Part shown: piece after piece, positions 58,860 to 64,000 of the stretch
Layout: each line of letters opens with the position of its first letter
How positions within the stretch are numbered: the stretch's first letter is position 1
Assembly: GCA_052033375.1 (NCBI GenBank)
Contig: JBPOJQ010000010.1
Location: forward strand, 5,941 to 69,940
From: Candidatus Magasanikiibacteriota bacterium
Lineage (GTDB): Bacteria > Patescibacteriota > Patescibacteriia > Magasanikbacterales > UBA922
Direction: 5' to 3'
DNA length: 64,000 bases
Position numbers and translations under genes: made by a program
The notes under the pieces: generated by a model
What the model saw: the letters and a program-made list of their open reading frames with translations, nothing else
Told to the model about the DNA's origin: nothing
The model's database searches: none

Positions 58860-59741
58860 ATGTTTGACGATGTGCAACCTCCAAAACCAGGCGCTACGCC
58901 ACCGAATCTTCCTCTTGGCGAGCCCGAAGATATTTTTGAGCGTAATGATGTCGTTGAATCCAATGACAGTGCGCCTATATCAGAGCCGTCTCCCGATTCT
59001 ACTTCCCCCGTCCTCACAAACACCGCTCTTGATATGGGTGTTTTGAAGCCAAAAAACTCTCTACAAACTACCAGTACTCCTGTCCAATCACCAGTTTTTT
59101 CTTCAGAGTCGAGTCAATTGAATCCTCCAGCACCTCTTCAGAATTACACAATTCAGGCTCCACCAGCTCCTTTTTTAGCCGAAGAACGAGGAATGGCGCC
59201 TACTCCAGCTGGTGTTCCTCAGGAAGCGCCGTTTAGTGGAAGAAAAATATTAATGATTATTGCTGTGTTAGTAATAGTGGTTTTGATTGGTTTTGGAAGT
59301 TTGTGGATTTATACTTCATTTATCAAAAAAAATATTGATCAAAATAATTTTATTTCTCCTGTAATCACTCCTACATCCTCATCATCTGATTTTTCCGATA
59401 CACCAGTGGAGGAATCTTTACCCGTGAATTCCACCTCTACTAATATTGAGGATAGCATTCTTTTTGGTGAGCCAGTAGATACTGATAATGATGGAATTTT
59501 AGATATACATGAAGTAGAGTACGGCACGGATACACTTAATTGGGATACTGATCAAGACGCACTTTCTGATGGTGATGAGGTGTCAGTGTGGAATACAGAT
59601 CCTTTGACTTTTGATACTGATGGCGATGGGTATTCAGATGGAGTTGAAGTGAAAAATGGATACAAACCTACTGGACCAGGTAAATTATTTGATCCACCGA
59701 CCCAGACAAGTACTCCTAAAGCGACGACCACTTCAATGTAA
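58860..59741 (+). CDS. TSP3-repeat membrane protein (paralog 2), Pro/Ser-rich N-terminus, central TM
   Basis: TM ILMIIAVLVIVVLIGFGSLWIY; DTDNDGILDIHE, DTDQDALSDGDE, DTDGDGYSDGVE. Confidence 0.55.
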   Translation: MFDDVQPPKPGATPPNLPLGEPEDIFERNDVVESNDSAPISEPSPDSTSPVLTNTALDMGVLKPKNSLQTTSTPVQSPVFSSESSQLNPPAPLQNYTIQAPPAPFLAEERGMAPTPAGVPQEAPFSGRKILMIIAVLVIVVLIGFGSLWIYTSFIKKNIDQNNFISPVITPTSSSSDFSDTPVEESLPVNSTSTNIEDSILFGEPVDTDNDGILDIHEVEYGTDTLNWDTDQDALSDGDEVSVWNTDPLTFDTDGDGYSDGVEVKNGYKPTGPGKLFDPPTQTSTPKATTTSM

Positions 59742-59751
59742 ACCTTTTGAT

Positions 59752-60876
59752 ATGAGCTTATTTAGCTCGAAGAAAAATTCATCACAGCCGATCCCGAGTA
59801 CTGCTGAATTGTCTATACAAAAAATACCAGATATTTTTTATGGTGGGAATAATCCTGTTATTTATGAACCCACGCAAGAAAAAAGTCGGGTGGTTTCAAT
59901 TTCAAAGCCATCTTCTCCAAAACCGAACAATCCTGTATCATCATCTGAATCTGCGACACAGAAATCTCGTGTAGTTTTATTAATTATAGTCCTTGGCTTG
60001 TTGGTAATTGGAGGGGCGTCTGCCTATTACGTGTATCAATATCGTGCAACTCAAAATGCACGAGTAGTCACGCCATCATCTGTTCAAACACAAACGACAA
60101 CTGAAGATACAGCTCCCACATCAATCACTCCCTCGATTACTACATCAACGTCGATTGGTGATCGTGCTCCAAGTACCACACCTTCTCTTACTTCTAGCTT
60201 CCTTGAATTTCCTTCGGTGAATTTGGGTACTAGTGCTGATACGGATTTGGATCAGCTGACTGATGTCGAGGAGGTTCTGTACGGTATTGATAGTGGAACA
60301 TGGGATACTGATCAGGATGGGTATTATGATGGGCAGGAGGTCATCAATTTGTATAGTCCTCGTGGAGGTTCGCCTATGAAATTAATTGATTCTGGATTGG
60401 TTCGAGAATATATTAATCAGTTTTCTGGATATCGAGTATATTATCCACTGCAATGGAATCAGGGAGGAGTTGATGCCCAGGAGAAGCATATGTTGTTTAG
60501 TGCTATTTCTGGCGAATATGTTGAAATTCGTGTGTTTGAAAAGAGTCCAGGTTCTACATTTTCTCAATGGTTTCAGATACATGCCCCTGGAGAGCAGTTT
60601 AGTTTACTTTCTCCGTTTACAAACCGTTTTGGGTTTGATGGGTGGAAACGGACAGATGGGCTTGTAGTGTATTTTGATACCCCCTCTTTTGTATTTACAA
60701 TAATTTATCAGCAGGTGGATACTGTCACACCTGTACCATACCGGACCACAATGGAGATGATGTATCAGAGCTTTAGACCAACTGCCACTTCGCGAACACT
60801 GCCTGAACAGATACCATTGGTGTTACCTTCGAATACAGTTTCTTCTAGCGCTACGAGTTCGACGACTGCACCTTAA
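59752..60876 (+). CDS. TSP3-repeat membrane protein (paralog 3) with C-terminal globular domain
   Basis: TM VVLLIIVLGLLVIGGASAYYVY; DTDLDQLTDVEE, DTDQDGYYDGQE; start set at ATG 59752 to avoid overlap with paralog 2. Confidence 0.55.
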   Translation: MSLFSSKKNSSQPIPSTAELSIQKIPDIFYGGNNPVIYEPTQEKSRVVSISKPSSPKPNNPVSSSESATQKSRVVLLIIVLGLLVIGGASAYYVYQYRATQNARVVTPSSVQTQTTTEDTAPTSITPSITTSTSIGDRAPSTTPSLTSSFLEFPSVNLGTSADTDLDQLTDVEEVLYGIDSGTWDTDQDGYYDGQEVINLYSPRGGSPMKLIDSGLVREYINQFSGYRVYYPLQWNQGGVDAQEKHMLFSAISGEYVEIRVFEKSPGSTFSQWFQIHAPGEQFSLLSPFTNRFGFDGWKRTDGLVVYFDTPSFVFTIIYQQVDTVTPVPYRTTMEMMYQSFRPTATSRTLPEQIPLVLPSNTVSSSATSSTTAP

Positions 60877-61338
60877 TTGTTGTATTATATGACTTCACGA
60901 GGTTCAGCATCAGAATGTTTAATTTTTTCGACAGTCAAATCATCAGTTCTTACGTCTGCTCAAATTACGCGTTCGGTTGAATTTATTTTGAAGAAATTAC
61001 GTGTGATTGGTTCACTTAGTATACATTGTATCGGTGATACACGGATGCGTACATTGAATTTTCGGTATCGAGGTAAGAATTCTACGACTGATGTCCTTAC
61101 TTTTCGTCTTCCTGAAGGAGAAGCATTGTTTGGTAATACGCGTGAGCTTGGTGATATTTTTATTTCAGTACCACAGATTATACGACAAGCCCGCGGTCTT
61201 CGTATTTCTCCACGTGAAGAATTTATACGTATGCTAATTCATGGTATTTTGCACATTATAGGATATGATCATGTGACAAAACGTGATGCTCAGGACATGT
61301 TTCGTATTCAGGAACAATTACTCAAACAGTTAGTATAA
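60877..61338 (+). CDS. ybeY: rRNA maturation endoribonuclease YbeY
   Basis: HGILHIIGYDH metal-binding motif. Confidence 0.85.
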   Translation: MLYYMTSRGSASECLIFSTVKSSVLTSAQITRSVEFILKKLRVIGSLSIHCIGDTRMRTLNFRYRGKNSTTDVLTFRLPEGEALFGNTRELGDIFISVPQIIRQARGLRISPREEFIRMLIHGILHIIGYDHVTKRDAQDMFRIQEQLLKQLV

Positions 61339-61342
61339 TCAT

Positions 61343-61699
61343 ATGTTTATCGGAAAAAGTATCCAGTATGCATTGCGAGGGATTTTGTATACGTACCGCC
61401 ATGAACGTAACTTTCGTATTCAATTTTTTGTAGGCGTTGTAGTCTTGATTGCTGCTTTTGTATTGCACATGCGTTCATATGAAAAGATTATTTTAGCCAT
61501 GATGATTGCATTTGTTTTAGTACTTGAGCTTCTGAATACTACTATTGAAATGTTTCTTGATCTCTTGAAACCACGACTTTCTCCACAGGTGGAGCTTGTC
61601 AAAGATATTATGGCTGGAGCAGTACTACTTGCATCAATTGGGTCTATTATTGTGGGTAGTATCATTTTTATCCCATATATCATTGAGTTCATACCATAA
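61343..61699 (+). CDS. dgkA: diacylglycerol kinase (prokaryotic DgkA family)
   Basis: 118 aa, three TM, NFRIQF...ELLNTTIE...KDIMAGAVLL pattern. Confidence 0.85.
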   Translation: MFIGKSIQYALRGILYTYRHERNFRIQFFVGVVVLIAAFVLHMRSYEKIILAMMIAFVLVLELLNTTIEMFLDLLKPRLSPQVELVKDIMAGAVLLASIGSIIVGSIIFIPYIIEFIP

Positions 61700-61730
61700 A
61701 AATGGTATACTATCCTGGCTTAATAAAATT

Positions 61731-62990
61731 ATGGCACGACGCAAAATACATACAGAAATAATTGTGGGTCTTGATGTTGGATCTACTGCGGTTCGCGTAG
61801 CAGTGGGGCAGTTGACTACCACTCGAGAATCAGCGCCAGAGCTCCAGCTTATTGGTGCAGCAGAAGTTCCTTCTGAGGGGATACAGAAAGGGCAGATTGG
61901 AAGTATCGAGGATGCTGTCTCTTCTGTTTCGAGTGCATTGGAGCATGCTGAAAAAATTGTCGGACTTCCAATTGAACATGTGTGGGTGGGGGTGTCGGGA
62001 ACTCAAATTATTGCACAAGAGAGTAAGGGTATTATTGCAGTTTCTCGTGCAAATAGTGAGATTACTGAGGAGGATATCGAACGCGCTGTTGAGGCAGCAA
62101 AAAATATTGCCACTCCGCTCAATTATGAGATTTTGCACGTATTGCCTCGAAGTTACTCAGTTGACACCCAATCAGGTATCAAAGATCCTGTTGGAATGAC
62201 CGGTATGCGTCTCGAAGTGGATACAAAAATTATTCATAGCGTTTCTTCTCATATTAAGAATTTGAGTAAAGTGGTGTATCGAGCAGGGGTCGATATTGAT
62301 GATTTTGTGCTTTCAATTTTTGCTGCGGGTGAGGTGGTCGCCACACCTCGACAGAAGGAATTGGGCTGTGTCGTGATCAATATTGGAGGTCCTACCACTA
62401 GTATGGTGGTATACGAGGATGGAGATGTAATACATAGTTCAGTTATCCCGATTGGGTCGTCTCATATCACCAATGATTTGGCTCTTGGTCTTCGAACCTC
62501 AATTGACATTGCTGAGAAGGTGAAATGTGACTATGGTGAGTGCGTGAGTAAGAAGCTTAATAAAAAAGATACCATTGATTTGTTTGATTCAGGTTCTGCA
62601 ACTTCTGAAATTGTTTCTCGTTACTATATTGCTCAGATTATTGAAGCTCGGGTGACTGAAATTTTGGAGAAAGTCGATGATGAATTATCGACCATCGGAC
62701 GAAGCCGTATGCTTCCTGCAGGGGCGTTATTTGTGGGTGGTGGCTCAAAAATTCAGGGCTTGATTGATTGTGCAAAGGAAGTACTCGCATTACCTAGTCA
62801 GATTGGATATCCACTCTCAGTCGAGAGTATTACTGACAAGGTGAATGATATTGCTTTTGTTCCAGCGGTCGGTCTGGTAAAGTGGGGGAGTGCCTTTACC
62901 CAGTCTCCGGGTAAGCGCGTCTCATCGTCTGATATTGCTGGAAAAGCGGTGGAAAAATTAAAATCGATTTTTAAAAATTTTGTACCCTAG
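61731..62990 (+). CDS. ftsA: cell division protein FtsA
   Basis: IVGLDVGSTAVRVAVGQ (actin-fold phosphate 1)...FVGGGSKIQGL; followed by ftsZ. Confidence 0.9.
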   Translation: MARRKIHTEIIVGLDVGSTAVRVAVGQLTTTRESAPELQLIGAAEVPSEGIQKGQIGSIEDAVSSVSSALEHAEKIVGLPIEHVWVGVSGTQIIAQESKGIIAVSRANSEITEEDIERAVEAAKNIATPLNYEILHVLPRSYSVDTQSGIKDPVGMTGMRLEVDTKIIHSVSSHIKNLSKVVYRAGVDIDDFVLSIFAAGEVVATPRQKELGCVVINIGGPTTSMVVYEDGDVIHSSVIPIGSSHITNDLALGLRTSIDIAEKVKCDYGECVSKKLNKKDTIDLFDSGSATSEIVSRYYIAQIIEARVTEILEKVDDELSTIGRSRMLPAGALFVGGGSKIQGLIDCAKEVLALPSQIGYPLSVESITDKVNDIAFVPAVGLVKWGSAFTQSPGKRVSSSDIAGKAVEKLKSIFKNFVP

Positions 62991-63186
62991 TGTGTGCACA
63001 CATGTTGGGATTTTCTATATTCTTCTGTCATACGGAGAGTTTTTTCTTTTTTTAGAGTGGTTATTGCAAGATTCATGCTTTCTTGACACTGGTATGTAAA
63101 ACCTTTACACTGATATTGCGTGCATAGTATACTTGTTCAAATATTATAAAGTTGAATACAAATTGTACTCATTAAGTTACAACGGT

Positions 63187-64000
63187 ATGCCACAGGTAAA
63201 ACCAGATATTGAAACATTTGCAAAAATTAAAGTGGTCGGCGTGGGCGGATCCGGCGGTTCAGCTGTTGCTCGAATGGTAGAGAGTAATATTCGTGGTGTA
63301 GAATTTCTTGCATTAAATACTGATGTACAAGCACTCCACCATAATCCTGCAGCAAAAAAAATTCATATTGGTAGGACAGTTACTCGTGGTCTTGGTGCTG
63401 GAATGAACCCTGAATTAGGTAAGCGTAGCGCTGAAGAATCTCAAAATGAAATTCGTGAAGCATTGAAAGATACTGACATGATTTTTATTACCTGCGGATT
63501 GGGCGGCGGCACTGGTTCTGGTGCTGCACCTGTCGTAGCTTCGATTGCCCAGGATATGGGTATTTTGACTGTTGCAGTGGTTACCAAGCCTTTTTCTTTT
63601 GAAGGTCCTCAGCGCAAAGCAATTGCTGAAGAAGCCTATGCTCAATTGGTGGGACACGTGGATACGATTATTACTATTCCAAATGATCGAATTTTACAAA
63701 TCATTGATAAAAAAACTTCGCTTCTTGATGCGTTTAAAATCGTTGATGATGTCTTGCGCCAGGGTGTGCAGGGTATTTCCGAATTGGTCACTATTCCAGG
63801 GTTGATTAATGTTGACTTTGCTGATGTGAAGACCATTATGAGTAATACCGGGTCTGCCCTTATGGGTATCGGTATTGGAAGTGGTGAAAATCGTGCGATT
63901 GAGGCTGCTAAGGCTGCGATTTCTAGTCCACTGCTTGAAATTTCGATTGATGGCGCACGTGGTATCCTCTTTACTATTACTGGTGGCACTGGGCTTGGTA
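63187..64000 (+). CDS. ftsZ: cell division GTPase FtsZ, 3'-truncated by window edge
   Basis: ATG 63187; [15 protein letters not shown]...[13 protein letters not shown] (tubulin signature) ...[11 protein letters not shown]; open to window end. Confidence 0.92.
   Translation, partial: MPQVKPDIETFAKIKVVGVGGSGGSAVARMVESNIRGVEFLALNTDVQALHHNPAAKKIHIGRTVTRGLGAGMNPELGKRSAEESQNEIREALKDTDMIFITCGLGGGTGSGAAPVVASIAQDMGILTVAVVTKPFSFEGPQRKAIAEEAYAQLVGHVDTIITIPNDRILQIIDKKTSLLDAFKIVDDVLRQGVQGISELVTIPGLINVDFADVKTIMSNTGSALMGIGIGSGENRAIEAAKAAISSPLLEISIDGARGILFTITGGTGLG

Overview
This 64 kb window reads like a streamlined, low-GC bacterial chromosome, most likely from a Candidate Phyla Radiation (CPR)/Patescibacteria-type lineage. 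Reasons: the S10-spc ribosomal operon has no L30 gene, ribosomal protein S14 is the zinc-binding type Z form, there is a 3,433-aa giant surface protein, and biosynthetic genes are sparse. The standard genetic code applies: conserved genes contain no in-frame TGA, and TGA ends recO.

Main blocks:
- 1-11.4 kb: rplB-rpsS-rplV-rpsC-rplP-rpmC-rpsQ-rplN-rplX-rplE-rpsZ-rpsH-rplF-rplR-rpsE-rplO-secY-adk, then an inserted CAP/SCP-domain membrane protein, then map. infA, rpmJ and the alpha operon do not follow.
- 11.4-16.4 kb: ruvX, recO, asnS, a membrane hypothetical, and an RsmB/F-like m5C methyltransferase.
- 16.3-27.3 kb, the accessory core: a small GIY-YIG (YhbQ-like) gene bracketed by two near-identical 20-bp hairpin repeats, then a conjugation/type IV secretion-like module. 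That module has a 1,270-aa VirB6/TrbL-like polytopic protein with a long charged coiled-coil and a Gly/Pro tail, two hypotheticals (one with a tandem Pro-rich repeat), a PrgI/VirB3-like small membrane protein, a Gram-positive-type VirB4/ConE ATPase cut into two same-frame ORFs by a single TAA, a VirB8-like candidate, and ComF.
- 27.3-37.8 kb, reverse strand: ribH-ribE, an ATP-grasp protein, a hypothetical, a class-A beta-lactamase/PBP-like serine hydrolase, three type-II Ser-like tRNAs (one with an anomalous ACU anticodon), clpP and a DHH/DHHA1 nanoRNase. Forward strand: hsp20 and a VanW-like protein. In between sits a promoter/terminator-bounded candidate sRNA of about 215 nt.
- 37.9-45.8 kb: smc, rpsP, a KH protein, tRNA-Val and tRNA-Ile, lepB, hisS, rpsU, GatB/YqeY.
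- 45.9-60.9 kb: a 764-aa protein and a 3,433-aa protein that share a paralogous N-terminal signal-peptide plus two-helix pilin-like membrane module. The giant ectodomain carries IPT/TIG-like repeats, a vWA domain and three clusters of Myxococcus-type Cys-rich repeats. Three tandem membrane-anchored paralogs with bacterial thrombospondin-type-3 Ca-binding repeats follow.
- 60.9-64.0 kb: ybeY, dgkA, ftsA and the 5' part of ftsZ.

The most interesting hypothesis is that the VirB4/VirB6/PrgI module and the pilin-anchored giant adhesins (with the TSP3 paralogs) form one cell-surface attachment/transfer system.
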